Assembly: GCA_039028615.1 (NCBI GenBank)
Contig: JBCCHT010000002.1
Location: 32,001 to 96,000, forward strand
DNA from: Myxococcota bacterium
Lineage (GTDB): Bacteria; Myxococcota_A; Polyangia; Nannocystales; Nannocystaceae
Direction: 5' to 3'
Length of the DNA stretch: 64,000 nucleotides
Shown here: piece by piece, positions 9,686 to 21,175 of the stretch
How positions within the stretch are numbered: position 1 is the first letter of the stretch
Layout of the letters: every line of letters starts with the position of its first letter
Position numbers and translations under genes: made by a program
The notes under the pieces: model-generated
Databases searched by the model: none
What the model was told of the DNA's origin: nothing
Seen by the model: the letters and a program-made list of their open reading frames with translations, nothing else

Positions 9686-11176
9686 TCAGAACAAGCGCCG
9701 TCGCTTGCTGCTGGAGAGTATCCCGAGCTGCTCGCGATACTTGGCCACCGTGCGCCGTGCGATGTCGATTCCGTCGCCCTTGAGCAGCTCGACCAGCTTC
9801 TGGTCGCTGTAGGGGCGGCGCTGCTCTTCGTGGTCGATGAGCTGCTTGATCTTGGTCTTGACGGCTTCGGAGGCGAGCTCTTCGCCGTTGCTGCGGCTGA
9901 TGCCCGCGTTGAAGAAGTACTTGAGCTCGAAGATGCCCTGCGGGGTATGCACGTACTTGTTGGTCGTGACCCGGCTGACCGTCGACTCGTGCATCTGGAT
10001 GTCTTCGGCGACGTCCTTGAGGATGAGCGGGCGGAGGAACTCGACGCCCTTGTCGAAGAACTCGCGCTGGAACTTCAGGATGCTCTTCGCGACCTTGAGG
10101 ATGGTGCGCTGCCGCTGCTGGATGCTGCGGATGAGCCACTGCGCGGAGCGCAAGCGCTCGGTGATGTACTCCTTGGCCTCGCGGCTCTGCCCGATGGCCC
10201 CGCGGTAGAACCCGCTGATCTTGAGCTTGGGCAGCCCGTCGTCGTTGAGGGTCACCACGTACTCGTCGCCGATCTTCTGGATGTAGACGTCGGGGACGAT
10301 GTAGTGCGGCTCCTCGGAGGCGTAGGCCCGAGCCGGCCGCGGCTCGAGGCTCATGATGACCTTGGCCGCCTCGTAGACCTCTTCGAGCGGCTCGTCCATG
10401 TCGCGGGCGATGGCCGGATAGGCGTTGCGCTCGAGCTTGTCGAGGTGCTTGCAGACCATGCCCCGCACCAACGGGTCTTCGATGGGCGCGTCGGGGTGGT
10501 TGACCTGGATCCACAGCGCCTCGGCCAGGTTGCGGGCCGACACGGAGATGGGGTCGAGGTTCTGAATCTTGCGCAGCACCTGCTCGACGCGCATCACGGA
10601 GTACCCGGAGCGCTTGGCGATCTGCGGCACGCTCACGTCGCGCAGGTAGCCCGCGGAGGTGAGGCTCTGGATGACGTACTCGGCGATATCCTCTTCGATG
10701 GGGCCGAAGCCGGTCAGCCGCACCTGCCACTCGAGATGCTCGGCCAAGGTCTCGGGCCGCGAGGCGGTGGCCTCGAGCGAGGGCATGTCCTCGTTCTCGA
10801 CCCGCACGCCCGGCCCGGTGGTGGGCGCGTAGCTGTTGTTCTCGAGGTAGGCCTCCCAGTCGAAGTTGTCCTTGGGACCGTCGTCGACCTTGAGCTCGGC
10901 CTGGGCCTGCTGCTCGGTCTGGCGAGCGGCGCCCTCGTCCGCCTCGGCGCGGTTCATCTCGAGGCTGTCCTGCATCTCCACCGAAGAGACGGGCTCTTCG
11001 GTGCCGGACCCGAGTTCCTGCGACTCGTCGAGCAGCGGGTTTTCGAGCAGCTCGCCCCGCACCAGATCTTGGAGCTCGATCCGCGAGAGCTGAAGCAGCT
11101 TGATCGCCTGCTGGAGCTGCGGCGTCATGACGAGCTGCTGGCTCATCCGCAGCTCTTGCCGCATGTTCAATGCCAT
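9686..11176 (-). CDS. rpoN: RNA polymerase sigma-54 factor
   Basis: Region I MTPQLQQAIKLLQL, HESTVSRV, RpoN box ARRTVAKYRE. Confidence 0.98.
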   Translation of the reverse strand: MALNMRQELRMSQQLVMTPQLQQAIKLLQLSRIELQDLVRGELLENPLLDESQELGSGTEEPVSSVEMQDSLEMNRAEADEGAARQTEQQAQAELKVDDGPKDNFDWEAYLENNSYAPTTGPGVRVENEDMPSLEATASRPETLAEHLEWQVRLTGFGPIEEDIAEYVIQSLTSAGYLRDVSVPQIAKRSGYSVMRVEQVLRKIQNLDPISVSARNLAEALWIQVNHPDAPIEDPLVRGMVCKHLDKLERNAYPAIARDMDEPLEEVYEAAKVIMSLEPRPARAYASEEPHYIVPDVYIQKIGDEYVVTLNDDGLPKLKISGFYRGAIGQSREAKEYITERLRSAQWLIRSIQQRQRTILKVAKSILKFQREFFDKGVEFLRPLILKDVAEDIQMHESTVSRVTTNKYVHTPQGIFELKYFFNAGISRSNGEELASEAVKTKIKQLIDHEEQRRPYSDQKLVELLKGDGIDIARRTVAKYREQLGILSSSKRRRLF

Positions 11177-11334
11177 GGCGTGGATCGACTCTCCTCGAAA
11201 ACGAGTACGAGCACGATACCACCCCGGCCAGGCGCCGCCAAAGGCTCCTGCTAGGGCATACACGCCGGCCTAATGCGGAACGACGCGCGATTGATGGGTG
11301 TGGGGGGCTCGCCCCCCGCGACCCGGCGCTTGCG

Positions 11335-12999
<1,665 letters not shown>

Positions 13000-13100
13000 C
13001 TACGCCCGCCGGCACCCGGGAGCGCACGCTACCACGGGCGAGCGCCGGGGACTGCTCCCAATCGTCGCTCGGGCCCGATCAGGCGGGTGAGGTCGCTCCT

Positions 13101-14636
13101 TCAGCCGCGCCAACGCGCGGATTCTCTCCAGGCGCGTCCTTCGTCGGGTCGACCGTCGTGGGACCCCGTAGCCGTTGGGGCACTTCGGGTCAGTCGAGCT
13201 GCCCGCACGGCCGCCGCCGCCGCGACCGCGATCGCCTTGGGATCGTCGGCGTCGCGCGTGGGCGGTGCAGTGAGTTCCGGGTGCAGGTCGATATACCGGG
13301 TCGTGACCTTGCCCCCCTCGACGAAGTCGGGCTCGGTCAAGATCTTCAAGTGCAGCGGGATGTTGGTCGGGATCCCGAGCAGCACCGTGTCCTTGAGCGC
13401 GCTGTGCATGCGAGCGATGGCCGCATTGCGGTTGGGCCCCCACGTCGTGACCTTGGCGATCATCGGATCGTAGTGGGTCGAGACTTCGCTGCCATCGCGG
13501 ACCGCGGTGTCGATGCGGAGGTTCGAGCCCTCGGGCCAGCGGATGCGATGGATCGGCCCCGGGCGCGGCAGGAACGACTGCGGGTCCTCGGCGTAGACCC
13601 GGCACTCGACCGCGTGCCCGCTGAAGGTCACGTCGTCCTGGCTGTAGCCGAGCGGCTCGCCCGCGGCGACGCGGAGCTGGTCCAGGACGAGGTCTCGTCC
13701 CGTGATCGCCTCGGTCACCGGGTGCTCCACCTGCAGCCGAGTGTTCATCTCGAGGAAGTAAAAGCGCGGCCCCTTCGGGGTCTCCTCGAACAGAAACTCC
13801 ACCGTGCCCGCGCTGCGGTAGCCCACCGCCCGCGCGGCCTTGGTCGCCACGTCGCCCATCTGCTGGCGAATCTCGGGCGACATCTGGTGGCTGGGGGACG
13901 GCGACTCTTCGATGACCTTCTGGTGGCGCCGCTGCACGGAGCAGTCGCGCTCGCCCAGGTGCACCACGTTGCCGTGGGCATCGGCCATCACCTGGATCTC
14001 GACGTGGCGGGCGGCCATCACCGCGCGCTCGATGAAGATGCGGTCGTCGCCGAAGGAGGCCAGCGCCTCGCGGGCCGCTCCCTCGAAGGCCCGCGGCAGC
14101 TCGGCCTCGTCGTGCACGACTCGCATGCCCTTGCCGCCACCACCGGCCGATGCCTTGACCATCAGCGGAAAGCCGATGTCCGCCGCCACTTTCTGGGCCG
14201 CAGCGACGTCGTTGATATCGTCGGCCCCGGGCACGACCGGCACCCCGGCGTCGATCATGGCGCGGCGAGCCATGACCTTGTCGCCCATGACCACCATGGC
14301 TTTGGCGGGCGGGCCCACGAAGGTGATGCCCGCCTTCTCGCAGGCCTCGACCAGCTCGGGCCGCTCGCTCAAGAAGCCGTAGCCGGGGTGGATCGCATCG
14401 GCGCCGCTTTGGAGCGCGGCCTCGATGATCTTGTCGGTGACCAGGTAGCTCTCGCGTGCCGCGGCTGGCCCGATGCAGTAGGCCTCGTCGGCGTCGAGCA
14501 CATGGGGCGAGCCTCGATCGGCCTCGCTGTAGACCGCGACGGTCCCGATCCCGTGCTCACGGCAGGTACGAAATACGCGGCGAGCAATCTCGCCGCGATT
14601 GGCAACCAAGACCTTACGAAACAGAGGAGAACTCAT
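13101..14636 (-). CDS. accC: Biotin carboxylase subunit of an acyl-CoA carboxylase (no fused biotinyl domain)
   Basis: ANRGEIA, HPGYGFLSE, GGGGKGMR, EMNTRLQVEH; exact acyl-CoA specificity uncertain. Confidence 0.85.
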   Translation of the reverse strand: MSSPLFRKVLVANRGEIARRVFRTCREHGIGTVAVYSEADRGSPHVLDADEAYCIGPAAARESYLVTDKIIEAALQSGADAIHPGYGFLSERPELVEACEKAGITFVGPPAKAMVVMGDKVMARRAMIDAGVPVVPGADDINDVAAAQKVAADIGFPLMVKASAGGGGKGMRVVHDEAELPRAFEGAAREALASFGDDRIFIERAVMAARHVEIQVMADAHGNVVHLGERDCSVQRRHQKVIEESPSPSHQMSPEIRQQMGDVATKAARAVGYRSAGTVEFLFEETPKGPRFYFLEMNTRLQVEHPVTEAITGRDLVLDQLRVAAGEPLGYSQDDVTFSGHAVECRVYAEDPQSFLPRPGPIHRIRWPEGSNLRIDTAVRDGSEVSTHYDPMIAKVTTWGPNRNAAIARMHSALKDTVLLGIPTNIPLHLKILTEPDFVEGGKVTTRYIDLHPELTAPPTRDADDPKAIAVAAAAAVRAARLTRSAPTATGSHDGRPDEGRAWRESARWRG

Positions 14637-14720
14637 GCGCCGGGCGCAGGTGTACCAGACCTGACGCCCGCCGTGGCCTCCGCCGGAAGTGACGAAGCAA
14701 CGGGTGTGAAGCCCGTTGCC

Positions 14721-15257
14721 CTACGGAGCGGCTTCGCCGTCTTCGCTCGCGAGGTCGTCCTCGCCCTCGAAGGCTTCGCCGTTCTCGTCGGTCTCGGTGA
14801 AGCCCTCGCCCGTGCCTTCGGCGGCCTCGCCATCGGCGTCGTCCGGGTTGGCCTCGGCGTTCTTCTTGGCCTGCTTGTTCAGCGCCTCGGGATCCGCCTG
14901 CAGCTCCTCGACGTCGCCGTCCGCTTCGTCGTCGTCGTCGTCGTCGTCGTCGAGATCTTCGTCTTCGAGGGCACGCAGCGATGCCGCCTCGAGGAAGGTG
15001 TGCTCGCTGGTCGTGACCCGAAGCTGACGGCGCTGCTCCTCGATGAAGTCGACCATGGTGCTGGCGACTTCCTCTTTGTAGCGAACGCGATCACCGGCCA
15101 CCTCGCGCAGCGCGGTGACCCCCTCTTTGTTGTCACACTCGACCATCGCGCGGCCGCGGCCCTCGCTGAGCGCGCGGGCGCGCCGAGATGCGAGAATCGT
15201 GAGCGCGAACCGGTTGGGAACGCGGGCGAGGCAGTCTTCGACCGTGACGCGAGCCAT
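14721..15257 (-). CDS. rpoZ: RNA polymerase omega subunit with long acidic C-terminal tail
   Basis: MARVTVEDC..NRFALTILASRRAR..TALREVA. Confidence 0.93.
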   Translation of the reverse strand: MARVTVEDCLARVPNRFALTILASRRARALSEGRGRAMVECDNKEGVTALREVAGDRVRYKEEVASTMVDFIEEQRRQLRVTTSEHTFLEAASLRALEDEDLDDDDDDDDEADGDVEELQADPEALNKQAKKNAEANPDDADGEAAEGTGEGFTETDENGEAFEGEDDLASEDGEAAP

Positions 15258-15396
15258 GAGGCGCGGAGTATGGGTGCGAGCGCGCTTCGGCGCAAGCCCT
15301 ACGACGAGCGCCCCCGCGCCCGTCTGAGGGGCACATCGGGGACGCGCGATGAACGCAGCCTCGCGAGACCCGCGGTCTACGCGGGCCGGGAAGCCA

Positions 15397-15828
15397 CTAC
15401 ATCTCGACGAGGATTCGCTGGCCGCGCTCGCGCAGCTCCAGGCTGTCCTGGACCCACTTGATGAACTGCTTGGCCATGTCGCGCTGGAACTGGAACACGT
15501 CGGCCAGCTCGAGCAGCGCGTCCATCTCTCCCTCGACCAGCTTGTTGTCGGCCATCGCCGCGCAAACCGCTTGGTAATAAAGGAAGATGCGAGCTTCGCG
15601 GTGCTTGACCGCATGGGCCACGCTCAGCAGGTCGCCCGGCTCACCGAACTCCTTGCGAACGGCGTCGCGCTCCTCGGGCAGCAACATCATCTGCCCCATC
15701 AGCTCTTCGACGAAATGCCGCTCGCTGTCGGACACTTGGTTGTCGCGGGACGCCATGATGGCCACGGCGCGCGCCACTGCCACTTGCTCCTCGGGGGTGA
15801 TGAGCTCTCCGATGGGAAAATCGAGCAT
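15397..15828 (-). CDS. TerB-like protein
   Basis: Two TerB-type acidic motifs, MASRDNQVSDSE and AMADNKLVEGE. Confidence 0.7.
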   Translation of the reverse strand: MLDFPIGELITPEEQVAVARAVAIMASRDNQVSDSERHFVEELMGQMMLLPEERDAVRKEFGEPGDLLSVAHAVKHREARIFLYYQAVCAAMADNKLVEGEMDALLELADVFQFQRDMAKQFIKWVQDSLELRERGQRILVEM

Positions 15829-15922
15829 GGTGGGAATCCGAGGCCGGACGATACCCCAAAAGCGGGTCGGGGGCACCCTGCCGGCGCCGACCGCCCGTGT
15901 GACCCCCCTTGCGGGCCGTTGC

Positions 15923-15952
15923 TTGACACCCCGCGAAGGCCGAGGGCAATAA
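15923..15952 (+). promoter_or_regulatory. Putative sigma70 promoter for the riboswitch/btu operon
   Basis: Perfect TTGACA at 15923 with a weak CAATAA -10 after 18 nt, about 50 nt before the riboswitch. Confidence 0.4.
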
Positions 15953-16001
15953 CGGATCGATCTCTGACAATCGAAGACGTGATTGGCGATGACGAACGTC
16001 C

Positions 16002-16190
16002 GTCCCCGCGGTCCAGCCGGCCGTGCCACGACGGATCTCGTCTTTGGGGAAGTTCGGGGCAGATCCGACGCGGCTCCCGCCACTGTAGACGGTGACGACG
16101 GTGCACTGACGCCACTGGACTCGTGAACGACGAGCCCGGGAAGGCGCACCCGAGGACGAACCGCGAGCCAGGAGACCTACGCGGTCACGT
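16002..16190 (+). ncRNA. Cobalamin riboswitch
   Basis: GGGGAAGTTCGG..ATCCGAC, CCCGCCACTGTA, GCCACTG..GGGAAGGC and B12-box GAGCCAGGAGACCT; P1 ccgcg/cgcgg; upstream of a TonB receptor and ABC transporter. Confidence 0.93.
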
Positions 16191-16231
16191 TGTCCCTGCC
16201 GAGACGGTGAGACGGGAGTCAACTCGCCATC

Positions 16232-18376
16232 TTGATCACGCCTTCCCAAGTTGCGGCGTTCGCCAGCTCGACGTTCGTCCGCCCCGCGGTTTCCGCCGCG
16301 ATGCTCGCCCCGCCGGCCGCGGAGGCGCCATTGCCCTATCGAACCGTGGTCGAAAGCGCGCCCGCGGACGAGCCGAACGAGGCCCAGCGCGACCTCGATG
16401 CGCGGACCCCCGGGTTCGCGACCGCGGTCGACCTCGAGGACGAGCCCGGCTCCCGCCCCGGGGACTCGCTGCCCGAGGTCATCGCCCGCACCCCGGGGGC
16501 TACCGTGCGCAGCTTCGGAGGCCTGGGCCAGTTCGGCGCCGTGTCGCTGCGCGGCAGCAGCCCCCAGCAGGTCGCCACCTTTGTCGACGGGGTCCCGCTC
16601 ACCAGCAGCGTGGCCGGGCTGGTGGACCTCGGCTCGATTCCTCTCGATGGGCTCGGACGCGTGGAGATCTATCGCGGCTACGTCCCGGTCGCGTTCGGCG
16701 GGGCGGCGATCGGCGGAGCCATCGATCTGAAGGCGAGTCCGGCGTGGCGTCGTCCGAGGCTCAGCCTGCACGCGGGCTTCGGCTCGTTCGGCACGCGGGA
16801 GAGTCGGGTCTCGTTGCGAGGACCGCTGGGGTCCGAAGAGCGCAGCGCGGGCGCCCTGACGGTGGGCTACGCGGGCTCGACCGGCGGCTTCCCGTTCATC
16901 GACGACGGCGGCACCCCGGATCTCGGCGGCGACGACGGGACGCGACGCCGCACCAACAACGACTACGACCGCGTGGCCGTGCACGGTCGCTTCGACCATC
17001 GCAAAGACTCGTGGCGCTTCGCCGTCCAGCAGCTCGTGCAATACAAGGCGCAGGGCGTGCCGGGTCCGGCCACGGCGCAGACCCGCGACGCACGGCTGGG
17101 CACGCTGGTGGGTCGCTCCGTGTTCTCCGCGCGGCACCACGGCACGGGAGGGCCCGGCGGGCGCCTCGAGTGGCTGACCGGTCTCGGGCTGCTGCATCAG
17201 ATCCATCGCGACCCGCTCGGTGAGCTGGGCGTGGGCACCGACGACCAGCGGGTGCTCGGGATCGATCTGTACCTGTCCCCTCGCCTGCGCCTGCCGTTGT
17301 GGCGCGGGGCCTACCTCGGGCTCGTGGGGGACCACCGCACCGAGCACGTCGACGTCGATCAGCGCGCGCTCACGGCCGGAGTCTCGGGCGATGCCGGCCG
17401 CACGCGCCTGTCTTTCGGCACGGGGGTCGAGCTCGATCAGTTCCTCTTCGACGGCCGGCTGCGCCTGGTGCCCGCGTTTCGCGTGGATGCGCTCGACAGC
17501 CGCTTCGCCGCCCCGACGGGCGAGGGCGAGCAAGAAGACACGGGTCGCGACGTGAAGAATTTCGGCATCGCGCCGCGCGTGGGGGCCCGCGTTCGGCTCT
17601 GGCCCGGCATCGAGCTGCGCGGCAGCGGAGGCCAGTACTTCCGCCCCCCCACCCTCGCCGAGCTGTTCGGCAACCGCGGCTACATCATCGGTGAAGAAGG
17701 CCTTCGACCCGAGCGGGGACAGGCGATCGACGGCGGCCTCGTGGTCGACCGCTCCATCGCCGGACTCGGGGTCTACGCCGCGGTGGCCGGGTTCGCCACG
17801 TGGAGCGAGGACCTCATCCAGTGGGTCAGCGCGGGCGCGGTGGTGCGTCCGGTCAACGTCCGCGGCGCCCGACTACGCGGCGTGGAGAGTGCGCTGGCCC
17901 TGGTCCCGCGGCGACGGCTGCTCACGCTGCACCTGAACTACACCTTCCTCGACACCCGCAACGATGCCGACGACCCGGCCCAGCGCGGCGAGCCCCTGCC
18001 CGGTCGTCCTCGACACGAGCTGTTCGCCCGCGCCACCGCGGGCAAGGGCGGCTTCCTCGGTCGGGTCTGGACCGAGCCCCGCCTCCTCTACACCGTGGAC
18101 GTGGTCACCGGGACCGCGCTCGACTCCGCGGGACGGCTGACCCTGCCCGCCCGCGTGGTGCAGGGCATGGGCGCCGAGCTGTCCCTGGGCCGCCGCGTGC
18201 ACCTGACCTTCGAGGTCCGCAACCTGCTCGACGTCCGCACCACCACGGTGGTCATCCGCGACGTCGACGGGGCTCGGCCGCGCAGCACCGCGTTCCAAGA
18301 TTTCCTGGGCTACCCCCTGCCCGGCCGCAGCCTGTGGAGCTCCGTCCGCATCGACTTCGGAGGGACGACATCATGA
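16232..18376 (+). CDS. btuB: TonB-dependent receptor, BtuB-like
   Basis: Plug motifs (SLRGSSPQQV..VDGVPL, RVEIYRG..FGGAAIGGAI), FRPPTLAELF, PGRS..RIDF end; start TTG 16232 or ATG 16301. Confidence 0.88.
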   Translation: MITPSQVAAFASSTFVRPAVSAAMLAPPAAEAPLPYRTVVESAPADEPNEAQRDLDARTPGFATAVDLEDEPGSRPGDSLPEVIARTPGATVRSFGGLGQFGAVSLRGSSPQQVATFVDGVPLTSSVAGLVDLGSIPLDGLGRVEIYRGYVPVAFGGAAIGGAIDLKASPAWRRPRLSLHAGFGSFGTRESRVSLRGPLGSEERSAGALTVGYAGSTGGFPFIDDGGTPDLGGDDGTRRRTNNDYDRVAVHGRFDHRKDSWRFAVQQLVQYKAQGVPGPATAQTRDARLGTLVGRSVFSARHHGTGGPGGRLEWLTGLGLLHQIHRDPLGELGVGTDDQRVLGIDLYLSPRLRLPLWRGAYLGLVGDHRTEHVDVDQRALTAGVSGDAGRTRLSFGTGVELDQFLFDGRLRLVPAFRVDALDSRFAAPTGEGEQEDTGRDVKNFGIAPRVGARVRLWPGIELRGSGGQYFRPPTLAELFGNRGYIIGEEGLRPERGQAIDGGLVVDRSIAGLGVYAAVAGFATWSEDLIQWVSAGAVVRPVNVRGARLRGVESALALVPRRRLLTLHLNYTFLDTRNDADDPAQRGEPLPGRPRHELFARATAGKGGFLGRVWTEPRLLYTVDVVTGTALDSAGRLTLPARVVQGMGAELSLGRRVHLTFEVRNLLDVRTTTVVIRDVDGARPRSTAFQDFLGYPLPGRSLWSSVRIDFGGTTS

Positions 18377-19575
18377 AGACCACGCTGCCCTGGCTGCTCC
18401 TCGCCGTGCTGGGCTGCAGCCCCTCGGACGTCGAGGACCTCGACCCCGACGCCATCCCCCAGACGGATGGTTCCGTGGTCCCCCCGGGCTGGCGAGCCCC
18501 CGCGAGCGCATGCCAGCTCGACCCCCCGGATCCGACGCGGCTCATCCTCACGACCACCGACTTCGCCACCGGGGCGGTCTCGGTGATCGACCTGGACAGC
18601 GGCGTCACCGAGACGGACGTCGCGGTGGGCTCGACCGACGCCATTCCCCACCCGCATGGTGAAACCGTCGTCGTGGTCCATCGCCACCGCATCGATCGCC
18701 TGGACGTGCTCAGCACCGACGATTGGTCGCTTCGAGCCCAGCAGCCCATCACCAGCCCCACGGGGAGCCCCAACCCCCATGGTGTGGCCCACGACGCGAG
18801 CGGGCGGGTCTACGTCACCACCTTCGCGGAGCCGGAGCTGCGCATCCTCGACGTCGGTGCTCCCCCGGCCGACGCGGAACAGGGCCGCATCGATCTGTCC
18901 GCGTTCGACGAGCGCGACGGCAACCCCGAGTCGAGCCTCATCGTCGCCTGCGGCCGCCTCATGATGGTGTTCGCCCAGCGGCTCGATGTCGGCTTCCGCC
19001 CTGTGGACACGGGGGCGCTGATCGTCGTCGACTCCGATGCGGGCGAGGCCCTCGATCTCGACCCCGCCACCGAAGAACCCGAGCCGCTCCCGCTGCTGGG
19101 CGGATGGGTGCGGCAGCTTCGCGTCGATCCCATGGACGCGAAGCGGCAGACGCTGCTCGGCCTGAGCACGGGCATCGAGCGCATCGAGCTTTCCACGGGC
19201 ATTCGACGCTGGGCGCTGCCCCCCGAGGCCATGGCCGAGGCGGGCATCGGCGATCGCCTGCAGCCGCAGGCGTTCGACGTCGACGCGTCGGGCACCGTGG
19301 CCTACCTCGCCGCCTACGACCCCGATTTTTCCCAAATCCGGCTGTACCGCGCCGGACTCGACGGGGCCGAGCCCCGCGCCCCCGAACCGTTCAGCGACGG
19401 CTATGACTCGGTCGAGCGCACCCTCGAAGTGGTGGGCGACCGGTTGTGGTACGGCAGCACTCGACGAGGTGAACCCGGCCTATGGCTCTTCGATCTCAAC
19501 GCCGACCCTCCGGCGGTCCTCGCCGGCCCCGTGCCCACCGGGCTTCCTCCCTACAGCATGGCGGCGATGCAATGA
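18373..19575 (+). CDS. Beta-propeller lipoprotein, BtuG-like
   Basis: Lipobox VLGC; blade-like repeats (AVSVIDL, NPHGVA..GRVYVT..LRILD); ATGA-coupled to the receptor. Confidence 0.7.
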   Translation: MKTTLPWLLLAVLGCSPSDVEDLDPDAIPQTDGSVVPPGWRAPASACQLDPPDPTRLILTTTDFATGAVSVIDLDSGVTETDVAVGSTDAIPHPHGETVVVVHRHRIDRLDVLSTDDWSLRAQQPITSPTGSPNPHGVAHDASGRVYVTTFAEPELRILDVGAPPADAEQGRIDLSAFDERDGNPESSLIVACGRLMMVFAQRLDVGFRPVDTGALIVVDSDAGEALDLDPATEEPEPLPLLGGWVRQLRVDPMDAKRQTLLGLSTGIERIELSTGIRRWALPPEAMAEAGIGDRLQPQAFDVDASGTVAYLAAYDPDFSQIRLYRAGLDGAEPRAPEPFSDGYDSVERTLEVVGDRLWYGSTRRGEPGLWLFDLNADPPAVLAGPVPTGLPPYSMAAMQ

Positions 19576-20300
19576 AGCGACGAACTTGGCTGCTCGTGGG
19601 GCTCTTGGCCGGCTTCGGTTGTGGCGATCCCGCGACCGAAGACGACGAAGGTCTCGACGGTGGCGCGGAGCTCGGTCCCGACTACGCGGCGATCGAGGGC
19701 AACTGCGAGGCCGATCCCGGTCGCCCCGCCGACCCCTTCATCGACTGCATCGAGGACTTCTCGCCCTCGGCCGACGCCGCGTTCGGTCACTCTCAGCTCC
19801 CCGGCATCATCGAGGGCCCCCCGATGGGCGCAGGGGAGATGGCCGGAGGCATGGACGTCATCTCGCTCGGCTGCGGCGGCTCGATCACCCTGGCCTTCGA
19901 CGAACCCATGCCCACCGACGGCCCCGGGCCCGACTTCATCGTGTTCGAAAACCCCTTCGTGAGCGGCTCGACCACCTTCGTCGAGCCCGCCCAGGTCTTC
20001 GTCAGTGACGACGGGGAGCACTGGCGTTCGTTCCCGTGTGAGCTGGATGGCCAAGAGGGCGACGCGACCGGCTGTGCGGGCCTGAGCCCGGTGCTGGCCG
20101 CCGATGCCACCACCGCCACCAACCCGGACACGGCGGGCGGCGATGCCTTCGACCTGGCCGACGTGGGCCTGACCCGCGCTCGCTACATTCGCCTCGTCGA
20201 TCGCAGCGAAGAGCACTACGGCTCGCAGATCTGGTGCGCCGCGGTGCCGGGCGGCTTCGACCTCGACGCCATCGCCGTCGTGGAGGGCACCGCACGATGA
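19572..20300 (+). CDS. Cell-surface lipoprotein resembling the BtuH-type B12-binding domain
   Basis: Lipobox GFGC; VISLGCGGSITLAFD..DGPGPDFIVFENPF..EPAQVFVSDDG..GDAFDL..GFDLDA. Confidence 0.65.
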   Translation: MKRRTWLLVGLLAGFGCGDPATEDDEGLDGGAELGPDYAAIEGNCEADPGRPADPFIDCIEDFSPSADAAFGHSQLPGIIEGPPMGAGEMAGGMDVISLGCGGSITLAFDEPMPTDGPGPDFIVFENPFVSGSTTFVEPAQVFVSDDGEHWRSFPCELDGQEGDATGCAGLSPVLAADATTATNPDTAGGDAFDLADVGLTRARYIRLVDRSEEHYGSQIWCAAVPGGFDLDAIAVVEGTAR

Positions 20301-21175
20301 CCGCCTGGAGTCGTCGCCGCGCCCTCGCGGCCCTCGGCCTGAGTCCGCTGTGGGCCAGCCCGCTCGCGTGCGGCCGGTCGAACGAGCGCCGAGCCGAGCC
20401 AGGCCGTCGCATCGCCTCGCAGACCGTCCTGAGCGACGAGGTCCTGTGGGACCTCGGCCATACCGTGCGCCAGATCGTCGTGGCCGTCAGTCCCATGGCC
20501 GACGACACGCGCTACTGCCGGGTCGCGAACCTATGGCCCCAGGACATTCCGCGGGTCAGCGGCAGCAGCGAGGCGCTCATCGCCACCGCGCCCGATCTGG
20601 TGATCCTCGCCAGCTTCACCGCGACCGAGACCCGCACCATGGTCGAGCGCGCGGGGCTGAAGACGCTGGTGCTCGATCGCTTCGATGGCTTCGACGACTA
20701 CCGCGACAACGTGCAGCGCATCGCCGACGCGGTCGGGGCCTCGGACGAAGGCAAGACACTCGTCGCCCAGTTCGACGAACGACTCGCCACGCTGTCCACC
20801 GATCCGCCGAAGCGCCCGCAGGTGGTCAGCTGGACCGAGGGCAGCGTGCCCGGGGCCAACACCTCGTTCCACGACATCGCCGTCGCGGCCGGCTTCGAGA
20901 ACCTGCCCGCCGTCCAGGGCAAGTCGGGACACCTGCAGGTGAGCGTCGAGGAGCTGGTCACCTGGGATCCCGAAGTGCTGGTGGTCCCCTGCGGCGTGGA
21001 CGACTGTGACGCGGTCGCGGCCGAGGTCCGGGGCCGAGCCGGCCTGCGCGCGACCCGAGCCGCCCGCAACGGTCGCGTGGTCGCCATTCCCTCGCGAGAC
21101 CTCTACAGCGTCGGCGCGGGTATGCTCGACGCGGTGAAGCGCCTGCGCGAACAGGGAGCCGGGTCCACGCCGTGA
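20297..21175 (+). CDS. btuF: Cobalamin/iron-siderophore ABC substrate-binding lipoprotein
   Basis: RIAS..SDEVLWDLG, EALIATAPDLVI, SVEELVTWDPEVLV; SRRRAL...LAC signal. Confidence 0.85.
   Translation: MTAWSRRRALAALGLSPLWASPLACGRSNERRAEPGRRIASQTVLSDEVLWDLGHTVRQIVVAVSPMADDTRYCRVANLWPQDIPRVSGSSEALIATAPDLVILASFTATETRTMVERAGLKTLVLDRFDGFDDYRDNVQRIADAVGASDEGKTLVAQFDERLATLSTDPPKRPQVVSWTEGSVPGANTSFHDIAVAAGFENLPAVQGKSGHLQVSVEELVTWDPEVLVVPCGVDDCDAVAAEVRGRAGLRATRAARNGRVVAIPSRDLYSVGAGMLDAVKRLREQGAGSTP

Noticed and set aside
15397..15828. Tellurite-resistance (ter) island
   Set aside because: A single TerB-like gene with no other ter genes
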